From: a virus
Taxonomy: Duplodnaviria; Heunggongvirae; Uroviricota; Caudoviricetes
Reading direction: 5' to 3' (one strand)
IMG/VR virus record: IMGVR_UViG_3300045988_181891
DNA length: 44,845 bases
The notes under the pieces were generated by a model. That model was not told where the DNA came from. It ran no database searches and worked only from the letters and a program-made list of their open reading frames with translations. Each line of letters begins with the position of its first letter. Positions within the stretch are counted from its first letter, which is position 1. The translations under genes were made by a program, and so were the position numbers. Below, in pieces: positions 9,553 to 17,789 of this stretch.

Positions 9553-9909
9553 TTATTTCATTAGTGAGATTATAATAGTAATACACATAGATGCGATTGT
9601 AATAATCGTGCAAATGATATTGATATATTCTTTGTATTCTTTCAGAAGTGTCAGTCTCTCCTGTCTTCTCTTCTGTTTGTTATAGCCTTTCTTGGCAGCA
9701 TTCTCCCCTTGTGGTGTCAGCTTATAATAAGCTTCTCCCCACTCATAAACAAGTCCCTCGTCTTGAAGTGATTGTAGAACATCGTATGGCTCAATGTCAT
9801 ATCCATACGTATCATTTATAGCACTGTGTACATCGTCTTTGTTAGGACTACCTTCTAAGAACTGGCTTAAAATGAAATCTGCGATTTCTATTTGCTTTTT
9901 AGTCATCAT
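9553..9909 (-). CDS. Hypothetical protein with C-terminal transmembrane helix
   Basis: Start chosen at the tandem ATG (MMTKKQIE...); the ORF-track start at 9993 is GTG; promoter box upstream. Confidence 0.45.
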   Translation of the reverse strand: MMTKKQIEIADFILSQFLEGSPNKDDVHSAINDTYGYDIEPYDVLQSLQDEGLVYEWGEAYYKLTPQGENAAKKGYNKQKRRQERLTLLKEYKEYINIICTIITIASMCITIIISLMK

Positions 9910-10044
9910 AATCAAATAAAAACGGCTCGTGCATCGGGAGGGCAGTCCTTCAGCACGAGCCATTAACAGCTGTATATCTTTATGTCTTGCCACTCATGAG
10001 ACCTGCCCGAATCATGTTTGACATCATTGTCTTTAAATATGGTG

Positions 10045-10052
10045 CAAAGATA
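10045..10052 (-). promoter_or_regulatory. -7 promoter box TAtcTTTG (minus strand)
   Basis: Plus strand reads caaagata. Confidence 0.4.
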
Positions 10053-10092
10053 GCGCTTTTATCTGAATGCACCAAATGATTTTACGAAAACT

Positions 10093-10704
10093 TTATTTCA
10101 CCACCTCTATGTATCTCGAGTAATCAATCTTGGAGTGGGGATTGTGGCTGACTATCTGCACCTGATAGCCCTTGGTGCCCCATCGCCACCAGAGGAACTT
10201 GTGGCGGTAGGTGCGGCTCACGATGGTCGTCAGGCTGTCTCGAGACGAGTACTGGCACTCTCGCTTGGGGATGTCGATATGGAGGGAGAGCCATTGGTCT
10301 CGGTAGGTGTAGATGGAATCGGGGATGCCGGAACCAGCCACGGCGGCGGTCGGTTCGGGCGTGAGATAGACCGTATCGGCGGTGGTTGACGAAACTGTGT
10401 GGATAGACTGCACATCTTTGAGCCGCACTTTGAGGTCTTTGATGAGCTTGGTATCGGCGAGGTGGAGCTTTTGCAGCTCGTCGTATTTCGACTGAAGGGC
10501 GTTGAATATGGCGACATTGAGAGTGTCTCTCACGTTGGCATATTCAATGTCGTAGTTGAGGTTGGCTACGTTGTAGCTCTGTCGGTCGAGGTCTGCCTGA
10601 AGCTGCTCGCACTTGTTGGCGGAGTGTATGAATGCGACTGCGGTCACGATGAGCAGGGCTGCCAGAAGCTGGATGATAATCTTGGGTGTAATCTTTTTTG
10701 TCAT
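10093..10704 (-). CDS. Membrane-anchored coiled-coil protein, spanin-like lysis accessory candidate
   Basis: ATG at 10704 (MTKKITPKIIIQLLAALLIVTAVAF...); N-terminal TM helix then coiled coil; directly follows the amidase gene. Confidence 0.45.
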   Translation of the reverse strand: MTKKITPKIIIQLLAALLIVTAVAFIHSANKCEQLQADLDRQSYNVANLNYDIEYANVRDTLNVAIFNALQSKYDELQKLHLADTKLIKDLKVRLKDVQSIHTVSSTTADTVYLTPEPTAAVAGSGIPDSIYTYRDQWLSLHIDIPKRECQYSSRDSLTTIVSRTYRHKFLWWRWGTKGYQVQIVSHNPHSKIDYSRYIEVVK

Positions 10705-10733
10705 TGTCTTTTTGAAAATGATTGGTGAGTGAG

Positions 10734-11159
10734 TTATGCGATGTCTTTGTATTCGTCGATGGCATTGAAGCAAGGACACATCTTCTTCCATTTGGACTTG
10801 TCCTTGCCCCAGATGTCACGATGGCCCATTATCTGGGCATCTGGGAATTGTTGCTTCAGTTTGTGGAGTAGCAAAACGAGGGCGTCTTTTTGCTCTGGTG
10901 TGCGGTTGTCGATAGCCTTGCCCTTAGCGTCGATGCCACCGATATAGGCGACGTTGATGGCTGTGGAGTTGTAGCCCTGCACGCCGTTGCTCACCTTTTC
11001 GATGGCTAGGAGTTGGTGGATGCCGCCGTTTGGGGCGATGACGTAGTGATAACCTGGATTGGTCCAGCCCTTGCGGCGGAACTCTGCCTTGAGGTCGTCG
11101 ATGGACTGGCTTTGCGACCCTGCGGTGCAGTGAACGAAAATGCGTTTAATCTGTCTCAT
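10734..11159 (-). CDS. N-acetylmuramoyl-L-alanine amidase endolysin (Amidase_2/PGRP, T7-lysozyme-like)
   Basis: Zn-ligand pattern H (IFVHCTAG), H (MGHRDI), C (CPCF) plus GYHYVI and NVAYIGG motifs; internal ATG at 11159. Confidence 0.85.
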   Translation of the reverse strand: MRQIKRIFVHCTAGSQSQSIDDLKAEFRRKGWTNPGYHYVIAPNGGIHQLLAIEKVSNGVQGYNSTAINVAYIGGIDAKGKAIDNRTPEQKDALVLLLHKLKQQFPDAQIMGHRDIWGKDKSKWKKMCPCFNAIDEYKDIA

Positions 11160-11400
11160 TATTTTGCTTGTTATGATTGAACAATTTGTTTTTGATGTTG
11201 TCGAACTTGGCATCGATGGCGATGGCTACGCCGAAGATGGAGCCGGCATACATGAGCGACTGGGCAAAGTACCAGAGCACATTGTCGGTGACATCACGAG
11301 CCTGGGAGGTGAAGTAACTGATGTAAACCAGTATGATGGCGAGGAGGAGCACGGCGATGGCTGAGCCGTATTGTATCCATTCTTTAGTATTTCTCTGCAT
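11146..11400 (-). CDS. Holin-like small membrane protein
   Basis: 84 aa from ATG at 11400 with two hydrophobic helices; immediately upstream of and overlapping the amidase gene; ORF-track start 11430 is TTG. Confidence 0.55.
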   Translation of the reverse strand: MQRNTKEWIQYGSAIAVLLLAIILVYISYFTSQARDVTDNVLWYFAQSLMYAGSIFGVAIAIDAKFDNIKNKLFNHNKQNNETD

Positions 11401-11427
11401 GGTGAATCTTGTTTTTGTTTTACAGTG

Positions 11428-11435
11428 CAAAGATA
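11428..11435 (-). promoter_or_regulatory. -7 promoter box TAtcTTTG (minus strand) for the lysis cassette
   Basis: Plus strand reads caaagata; about 25 nt upstream of the holin ATG. Confidence 0.45.
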
Positions 11436-11449
11436 AGAAGGGTAGGGTG

Positions 11450-11487
11450 ATAATAAAAATACGAGACCGCCCTAACGATCTCGTATT
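11450..11487 (-). terminator. Rho-independent terminator (minus strand)
   Basis: 9-bp stem AATACGAGA / TCTCGTATT with 12-nt loop, followed on the minus strand by TTTTTATTAT. Confidence 0.5.
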
Positions 11488-11500
11488 ATATGTTTAACTG

Positions 11501-11908
11501 TTAGACCTCTCTTGAGAGAATCTCCTTGGCTATCTCTTTGGCCTCTTTGCGCCACGACTGATAAGCCTCGAACTCTGCCTCGTGAGTCTCGTCGCCATCG
11601 CCACGGTTGGCTAGGATGGCCTCTACCTGGTTTTGGCTGTATCGGGTGCGAACCAAACCAGCGGTGAAATCGTCGTAGGTGGCTGCGGTCGCCTGAATCT
11701 TGGTCGAGCCATCAGGCTCTGTGCCCTCATAGCTGTAAGCAGTGACACCCTCGGAGTTTTCATCTTCTGACTGCTCTGAGGTATCGGAAGAGCCTGTAGC
11801 GGCCTCAGGGTGATAGTTTTCAACTTTCTGCTCACCAGTGTAGAGCAGATAATGGTTATCGTCATATTTGACGAAGCTCTTGCGAGCTAGATAATACTTC
11901 TTGTTCAT
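11501..11908 (-). CDS. Hypothetical acidic protein downstream of the DGR RT gene
   Basis: ATG at 11908; 135 aa; no recognisable motif. Confidence 0.55.
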   Translation of the reverse strand: MNKKYYLARKSFVKYDDNHYLLYTGEQKVENYHPEAATGSSDTSEQSEDENSEGVTAYSYEGTEPDGSTKIQATAATYDDFTAGLVRTRYSQNQVEAILANRGDGDETHEAEFEAYQSWRKEAKEIAKEILSREV

Positions 11909-11914
11909 AATTGA

Positions 11915-13558
11915 TCACGTGAATTTATAGAACTTCTTTTTGAATTTATTGTGAAGCTCTGCGACCACGGTGGAGAAGGGTAGCTCATCACGACAGAAGT
12001 CGTTGAGGGCTTGGTCTATCAAGATCTTGGAGCCTGTATAGAGGTAGTGCTCCAGAGGTTGCCATACCTCGGTGCCGTCTGGCTCCAGGTGGTCGATGAT
12101 GCGATAGCGTAGGGAGAGGCGCTTCTTGGGCACCTCTTTGGTGACCATGTGGGTGGAGCCGTCCGGGGCGGTCTCCTCTTGCTGGATGGTCTCCTTCTCT
12201 ATCACCGAGTCATCGACCTTGTAGTCTATCACTTGAACGAGGAACTTGTTCTCGTCCTGACCCTCACGGCAGATGATGTCCTCGATGGACTGCTGCTGTG
12301 ATTTCTCCATACCGTCAAAAGGCACGCGCGCACGGCGAGCCTTGACGAGTTTACCGAATCTTTCCATACCGATTTTCTTATATAAGTTTTTAGAGTTTGC
12401 GTGGATGCCCAGACCTAGGCGAGAGGCTGCCTTGAGCTGTATCTGGCGGTCTGTGAAGCCCGCCTTGCGTAAGTTGGCGATCTGTCTGCAGAGGTCGTGC
12501 TTGAACCGCTTGCGCAACAGGGCGTGGTCGGCGTAGATGATCTGACCGCATAAGTCGATGCCATCGCAGGTGCGGTGGATACCCCAAGACTTATTGATGG
12601 ATAGGTGCCAGTCACGGGCGAGGTGCATCACGGCAAGCTCTGCCATCAGCCTGAGGAACACCTTATCCTCGTGGAGGATGTAGATGTTGTCCATGAAGCG
12701 GTAATAATGGCGAAGACCTTGGCGGCAGAAGCGCTCGAACCTATCGTTGAGCGACTTCACTCCCCCGCATAGCAGTTGAGCTTGCTGCTGAGTGCGACAG
12801 GTAACGAGCATGTCGCTCACGTAGCGAGCCTGCCAGTAACGGAACTTGTCGGTGTCTTGGAGAATGTCGAAGCATCGGAGTGCCAGGTAATCGAAGCGGG
12901 CGAGGAAGAGCTGACCCAAGAGTTGGGCGAGCTTGACGCCGAGCACGATGCCTGGATTGAAGCTATCGACCACCTCGTCGATGAAGGCGAGGAGCTTGCG
13001 GTCTTTGATCTTGCGGCGATATTCACTTTTGAGAAGAGCGTGGTCTATGCTCTGAAAATAATGGTGAATATCCATGGGCAAGCAGTAGAAGGTATCTTGC
13101 TGTGGCGAGTTGAAGATGTCTCGCTTGACAAGATTATAGAAATAATGGGTGCCCTTGCCCTTGGAACCAGCCGGACTGTGGCTGTAGAGTGTCTTGCGAA
13201 GGTTATCCTCTACAGGTTGCAGGGCAGCGTGCTGGATGACGTGGTCGATAACGGGCAGCTTGTTGACTTGGCGATGTTTTGGATAGTCGATATCTTTGGC
13301 GACATAGGCTGAGGTATGCCAAGTTTGTTGGGTGTAAGCATCGAGCATGCGTCCGATGTTATGGTCTAGGTTTGCCTCGAATTTTTGGACCGCACGGCGA
13401 GACATCTTTTGTCGGGCGTAGTCATAGAATGCCCGACGAAAGTTGTCTAGTGTCTCGACCTGTAGCGATATGTTGCCAAACCTTTTCATAAGCGGTGTAA
13501 TGTCTGTGTTGAACGGTGTATAAACTGTGTATAGTCTGAATCGTCTGCTTTTGTACAC
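11915..13558 (-). CDS. DGR reverse transcriptase-like protein with non-canonical motif C
   Basis: RT motifs recognised by eye: HVIQHAALQPV, SPAGSKGKGTHY, LPMDIHHYFQSIDH, GVKLAQLLGQLFL; sits just downstream of the template repeat; ORF-track start 13558 is GTG, first in-frame ATG is at 13489. Confidence 0.8.
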   Translation of the reverse strand: MYKSRRFRLYTVYTPFNTDITPLMKRFGNISLQVETLDNFRRAFYDYARQKMSRRAVQKFEANLDHNIGRMLDAYTQQTWHTSAYVAKDIDYPKHRQVNKLPVIDHVIQHAALQPVEDNLRKTLYSHSPAGSKGKGTHYFYNLVKRDIFNSPQQDTFYCLPMDIHHYFQSIDHALLKSEYRRKIKDRKLLAFIDEVVDSFNPGIVLGVKLAQLLGQLFLARFDYLALRCFDILQDTDKFRYWQARYVSDMLVTCRTQQQAQLLCGGVKSLNDRFERFCRQGLRHYYRFMDNIYILHEDKVFLRLMAELAVMHLARDWHLSINKSWGIHRTCDGIDLCGQIIYADHALLRKRFKHDLCRQIANLRKAGFTDRQIQLKAASRLGLGIHANSKNLYKKIGMERFGKLVKARRARVPFDGMEKSQQQSIEDIICREGQDENKFLVQVIDYKVDDSVIEKETIQQEETAPDGSTHMVTKEVPKKRLSLRYRIIDHLEPDGTEVWQPLEHYLYTGSKILIDQALNDFCRDELPFSTVVAELHNKFKKKFYKFT

Positions 13559-13697
13559 TTGATAACCTTCGACCGGATGACCGTGTTGTCATCATCTACC
13601 AGCTGTCTTATTAATGTGTATGTATCGCCATGGGGCGAGGATTGACCCTGTAATCTCGAAGTGGGAGCAAACGACCCACGAAGAGATATGTCTGTAA

Positions 13698-13819
13698 GTT
13701 GAGGGCGGCGCCGTAGTTCACATTGGCATTCGAGACAGCATTGTTCACGTTGAGCGTTGAAAGACCGCATTGACCACCATTGTTAGCGTTAGCACCACGA
13801 AGGCAGACACGAAAACCGG
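13698..13819 (-). repeat. DGR template repeat (TR), non-coding
   Basis: 122 bp matching 14109..14230 with 10 mismatches, all at TR adenines (plus-strand T); the ORF 13611..13832 is a translation of the TR, not a gene. Confidence 0.9.
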
Positions 13820-13853
13820 CACCTAGGGTCACACCCTGGTATCATAACCGCCG

Positions 13854-13861
13854 CAAAGGTA
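13854..13861 (-). promoter_or_regulatory. -7 promoter box TAccTTTG (minus strand) directly upstream of the TR
   Basis: Plus strand reads caaaggta, about 35 nt upstream of the TR. Confidence 0.45.
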
Positions 13862-14057
13862 ATAAAAATAATCGGTATGGAAGCATGTCAAAGAGCTTTT
13901 TTGATGTTTTTATTGATATTTTTTTTGTCGCCGACCGCCACAGGCGGTAACTTAAGGCGAGCTACGCTCGCTGGGTGCTTCGGCTTCGCCGAGGGTGCTC
14001 AGGTCTCTTTTGCACACCCAGTAAACCGATGCACACCCAGCAAACTGATGTAGTCTC

Positions 14058-15530
14058 TTAGGCCGCCTCGTAATACACGGGTTCAACGGACCACTCGGAT
14101 GCTGCTTCGCAGAGGGCGGCGCCGTAGTTCACATCGGCAATCGAGACAGCACTGCTCACGTCGAGCGTTGAAAGACCGCATCGACCACCAAGGTTAGCGT
14201 TAGCACCACGAAGGCAGACACGAAAACCGGATGTAGCACCAGACGTATTCCAGAAATAGCTAGTCCAGTAGGTTGACTCGGATGCGCCCGTAGCGGTCGG
14301 GAAGTTCTCTAGATGCTCCATCGAGAGCGTCTTGATATAGCCTTCGCCCTTGGTCGGCGAGGTGCTGTAAGCCACCATGCCATCGGTGGAACCTATCGTC
14401 CACGTGCCGTAGATGGACGGTGCCACGAGATGGGTCACGGAAGTGTCCTCGTTGCAACGCACCTGCTCGTCATCCATGTGTCGCCACAATAAGCCGAAGC
14501 CATTTTTGTAGCCGAAGAAGGATGGTATCTTGGCGGTATAGACCACGGTGCCATCGTCTTTTTTGACCTCGTAGCTCGCCTCGCCGCAAGCGTCGCCAAG
14601 CTCGATGCCAGCCGACATCGGCACGACAGGGCGATAGCCGTTGTAACCACCCCAATCAGGCATCTGTGTCACGCCAGCGCCGAGACCACCCTGGTAGAGA
14701 CCGTTGGCATCTTTTTGGCTGTTGACGGCATCCTGGTCGTAGTGGGTGCCGAAGATGACCCCGAAGAGCACGGAGATGGCAGAGGTGTGGCGCATGGTGG
14801 TGCAGAGCCAGCCTGTGCCGTTTTTGCGGGCAGCAGCACGCCAGTATTCGGTAGTCTGGTTGGTGGCAGCCTTGCCCAGCATGGTGCGGTTGGTGTTATC
14901 TAACGTGGAGTCGTTGTTGCCGCCTCGGTAGTTTGTGCCCTCGTTGATGTAGCTCACCAGCTTGCCTGTGCTGCGCTCTAGCGTGGCGAAGCCAGCGGCG
15001 GAGATGCTGCCCACAGGTATCTTGTAATTGTACTCGCCTGGTATCGGCGTAGGGCTGACCATCTCGTAATGGAGTCTGCCCACGGTCTTGATGACCATGT
15101 ACCACTCCTTGCCCCAGCCCCACTGGTAGTGCCCCTCTGAGCCATCGAGCTTGGCTGTCTCGCCGGTGGCATACTTGTGGTGGTCTTTGGAGTCGAGCTT
15201 GCGACGGGAGTGGTCATTCTTGACCAGATAACAGCCCAGACCCAGCTCCGTTGGTAGGGTCTGCAGTAACTCTAGCGAGCCCACATAAGTGGCGGCTTTA
15301 GGGGTTGCATTGTCGAGGTTCCACACTCGACCACACCAAGGATGCTGTCCCATTTGGACGGCGCTTTTGAGCGACATCTGCTCAGACCTGCCGGATTTTT
15401 TGTCGAAGACCTCGACAATCTTGTCAGTGGCGCTCATGTCTGACTGTGGGAGGTCGTCAACCTGTTGACCTCCATCGAAAGCGGCTATGATAGCCTTGAG
15501 CTTACTCTCTTCTTCTGATGTTAATGCCAT
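14058..15530 (-). CDS. DGR target protein, putative receptor-binding structural protein with C-terminal variable region
   Basis: 490 aa from ATG at 15530 (ORF-track start 15578 is TTG); VR occupies the C-terminus; GFRVCLRG segment resembles the C-type-lectin/FGE-like fold of known DGR targets. Confidence 0.8.
   Translation of the reverse strand: MALTSEEESKLKAIIAAFDGGQQVDDLPQSDMSATDKIVEVFDKKSGRSEQMSLKSAVQMGQHPWCGRVWNLDNATPKAATYVGSLELLQTLPTELGLGCYLVKNDHSRRKLDSKDHHKYATGETAKLDGSEGHYQWGWGKEWYMVIKTVGRLHYEMVSPTPIPGEYNYKIPVGSISAAGFATLERSTGKLVSYINEGTNYRGGNNDSTLDNTNRTMLGKAATNQTTEYWRAAARKNGTGWLCTTMRHTSAISVLFGVIFGTHYDQDAVNSQKDANGLYQGGLGAGVTQMPDWGGYNGYRPVVPMSAGIELGDACGEASYEVKKDDGTVVYTAKIPSFFGYKNGFGLLWRHMDDEQVRCNEDTSVTHLVAPSIYGTWTIGSTDGMVAYSTSPTKGEGYIKTLSMEHLENFPTATGASESTYWTSYFWNTSGATSGFRVCLRGANANLGGRCGLSTLDVSSAVSIADVNYGAALCEAASEWSVEPVYYEAA
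14109..14230 (-). repeat. DGR variable repeat (VR) inside the 3' end of the target gene
   Basis: 122-bp copy of the TR; encodes ...GFRVCLRGANANLGGRCGLSTLDVSSAVSIADVNYGAAL..., ending 17 codons before the stop at 14058. Confidence 0.9.
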
Positions 15531-15552
15531 AATAAAAATTATATTTAATCGA

Positions 15553-16317
15553 TTAAACAATGCGTAATTTATCACCAACTTTTCTAAGCTTGCCCGATGC
15601 CGACAGGCGAAGGCGAGGCTGGCGCACGGTGATGCTGACCTCTTGCCAGAGCGGTGTGTTGGCGGTGGGGATGACCCAGAACTTGGTGGTGCCCTCGCCC
15701 TTGATGATGAGGTTGCCGCTTGGGTCTGCCACGAGCGAGTCGCCCTCGGCTCGCTGGAAGAGCACGCTCTGAGGGAGGTAGCTCGGCAGGATCTGCACGG
15801 CGATGCGCAGAGCCACCTTGTTGCGTAGGCTTATCTCGGGGAGATAGGTCAGGTTCATGCGAGCTGGCGCGATGAAGCCTGTGGTTATCTGAGCGGCGAG
15901 ACCATCCATCTGCGCTATCTTGGCATCGGCTCGCTTGGATGCCGCGTCAGCCTCTGCAGCCTTGGTCTCTGCCAAGGCTGCCTGTGATGCTGCAGCCTCG
16001 CCCTGCTCGCCAGCCGCCTTGGCTGCGCTCTGGGCGAGGTTAGCCGCCTTGTTGGCATCGTCGGCCGCACCCTGCGCTCTGACGGTCGGTGTCTTGTCGA
16101 GCCACAAGCGCCACTTGGCGTTGGTATCTGAAGGAGTCGTCGTGTTGCCATCCTCTAGGGAGGCGAAGACTCCTGACGATGTGTGAACGATGTCGCCCTC
16201 GTCGTAGCCCTTGACGGTCTGGCCATCCTCATCTTGATAGGAGTAGCCCGACTGCCAGGTGCCCTGGTCGGTGAAGGCGACATTGCCCACGATAATGATG
16301 TTTGTGTTATCTGCCAT
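15553..16317 (-). CDS. Hypothetical structural protein with Ala-rich coiled region
   Basis: ATG at 16317; 254 aa. Confidence 0.55.
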   Translation of the reverse strand: MADNTNIIIVGNVAFTDQGTWQSGYSYQDEDGQTVKGYDEGDIVHTSSGVFASLEDGNTTTPSDTNAKWRLWLDKTPTVRAQGAADDANKAANLAQSAAKAAGEQGEAAASQAALAETKAAEADAASKRADAKIAQMDGLAAQITTGFIAPARMNLTYLPEISLRNKVALRIAVQILPSYLPQSVLFQRAEGDSLVADPSGNLIIKGEGTTKFWVIPTANTPLWQEVSITVRQPRLRLSASGKLRKVGDKLRIV

Positions 16318-16323
16318 AATGAT

Positions 16324-17166
16324 TTATACTTTAATGACTAACTTGTTTCTGCGCTTGACAACGTGTTCAGCGACATGACTGCCGTAGTCGATCATGAGGA
16401 GTTTGTTGCGCCGTTGACGGAACGCCGGATACATGGCACCGCCTCGGGCGATGACTCCTGTATCGACATAGGTGTGCTTGGAGAGATCCCACTGCCACCA
16501 GTTGCCGTTGTCGCCCATCTTGGGTGGATGGTCGTTGAGCTCCTGGGCTAGGTTGGTCTGCTTCTCGCTCTCGGTGAGGGCTGTGAGCGTATCATCGATG
16601 CGCTTGTTCTCGGCGGTGACACGACCCGCCTCGGCGGCTATGCGAGCATTTTCGGCTGTCGCTCGCTTGATCTCTGAATCCATGCGAGCTTGCTCTTGGG
16701 ACTGTCGGGTCTGCTCGGCAGCTTGTCTCTTGGCCTCGTTGCTCTCAATGGCAGCCTTGGAAGAGAGCGTGGCTTCGGTCGCCTGTTTGGCAGCCTCGGT
16801 CTGCGACTTGCTGGCACTGACCGCATCCTCTACCTTTTTGCGTTCGGCGGTGAAGTCAGTTGTCGCCTTGTTGACGCTAGCCGCCGCATCGTTGGCTTTG
16901 CCAGCTGCGGTGTTGGCCTCCTCTGTCGCCTGTTTCGCCTCCTCGATGCGGATATCCACATCTTTAGTCAAGAGTGACAGCGGTGCGATGACTTGCTTTT
17001 GCACACCGTCTTTGCTGTAGAGGGCGGGCATCGTACTGATGCCATCGAGCGAGGTGGCGAGCTCGCAAGAGAAGATGTTCTTGCTGTGCCGCTGTAGATA
17101 TTCGTTGAACTTAGGTAAGAGCCGGGCGCATAGCGCCTCGAACTCTGTGTCATTCTCTATGCCCAT
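16324..17166 (-). CDS. Hypothetical structural protein with central coiled coil
   Basis: ATG at 17166; 280 aa. Confidence 0.55.
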   Translation of the reverse strand: MGIENDTEFEALCARLLPKFNEYLQRHSKNIFSCELATSLDGISTMPALYSKDGVQKQVIAPLSLLTKDVDIRIEEAKQATEEANTAAGKANDAAASVNKATTDFTAERKKVEDAVSASKSQTEAAKQATEATLSSKAAIESNEAKRQAAEQTRQSQEQARMDSEIKRATAENARIAAEAGRVTAENKRIDDTLTALTESEKQTNLAQELNDHPPKMGDNGNWWQWDLSKHTYVDTGVIARGGAMYPAFRQRRNKLLMIDYGSHVAEHVVKRRNKLVIKV

Positions 17167-17169
17167 AGG

Positions 17170-17466
17170 CTATGATTTTAAGATGTCCTGTTTCCACTCG
17201 GCAATCTTGGCGAAGACAGCCCCTGCCTCTTCATCGCTCAGCACGGCAGTGTTGATGCGACATGAGAGGTTGGTATCCATAAAGCTGATGTATCCAGCAC
17301 CGCTCTCGGAGGCTGGTGCATCATCTTTGGACTCTGTACGTTTATAGACCTCACCGGAAAAAGAGACCTTGTCATCTCGCTTTGTCTTGGTGAACTTGAC
17401 GAAAACGCCTGTAACAACCTCAATCTCCTGGATGTCGGTTGTCGTAACTGTTGACTCTACCTTCAT
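17170..17466 (-). CDS. Hypothetical small protein
   Basis: ATG at 17466; tightly packed with neighbours. Confidence 0.5.
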   Translation of the reverse strand: MKVESTVTTTDIQEIEVVTGVFVKFTKTKRDDKVSFSGEVYKRTESKDDAPASESGAGYISFMDTNLSCRINTAVLSDEEAGAVFAKIAEWKQDILKS

Positions 17467-17468
17467 AA

Positions 17469-17771
17469 TTAATCTTGCTCTATTAGTTTAACAATCTGAC
17501 AATATACCCCTGGCACCAAGGAAGCCTTGGCGACCTCTTTGATCATGGTTAAGTCTTCGGTCGTACACTCGACCTCACTTGGTTTAGTGTGCATCTGCAC
17601 ACTCAGGTTGTAGGCTCTCTTAAGAGACTCATCATCAGCCTTGACGCTGTTATTGCTTCCGTTGAACAGATGAAGTCCGAGCACCTCATTCATCATCTGA
17701 GGCTGTCCGTTGCTGTCTGTCATCACCCCGCCCCTGTAGTTACGGATGGCGACCTTAAAATTTCTTTTCAT
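17469..17771 (-). CDS. Hypothetical small protein
   Basis: ATG at 17771. Confidence 0.5.
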   Translation of the reverse strand: MKRNFKVAIRNYRGGVMTDSNGQPQMMNEVLGLHLFNGSNNSVKADDESLKRAYNLSVQMHTKPSEVECTTEDLTMIKEVAKASLVPGVYCQIVKLIEQD

Positions 17772-17789
17772 ATCTGTCTAAGTTTAAAA

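Noticed and set aside
8989-9909. Tail assembly chaperone pair with programmed frameshift upstream of the tape measure gene
   Set aside because: The two small genes each have their own promoter box, are separated by intergenic DNA and a terminator from the tape measure gene, carry transmembrane segments and show no slippery heptamer or overlapping second frame.
11915-13558. RT gene as a group II intron or retron RT
   Set aside because: No intron RNA domain structure, maturase X or endonuclease domain is evident and no msr/msd-like structured RNA is adjacent; the adjacent adenine-mutagenised TR/VR pair explains the RT as a DGR component.
13611-13832. 73-aa minus-strand ORF overlapping the DGR template repeat
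   Set aside because: Its protein (…GFRVCLRGANANNGGQCGLSTLNVNNAVSNANVNYGAAL…) is simply the TR read in the VR frame; it has no promoter-to-start arrangement and TRs are non-coding by definition.
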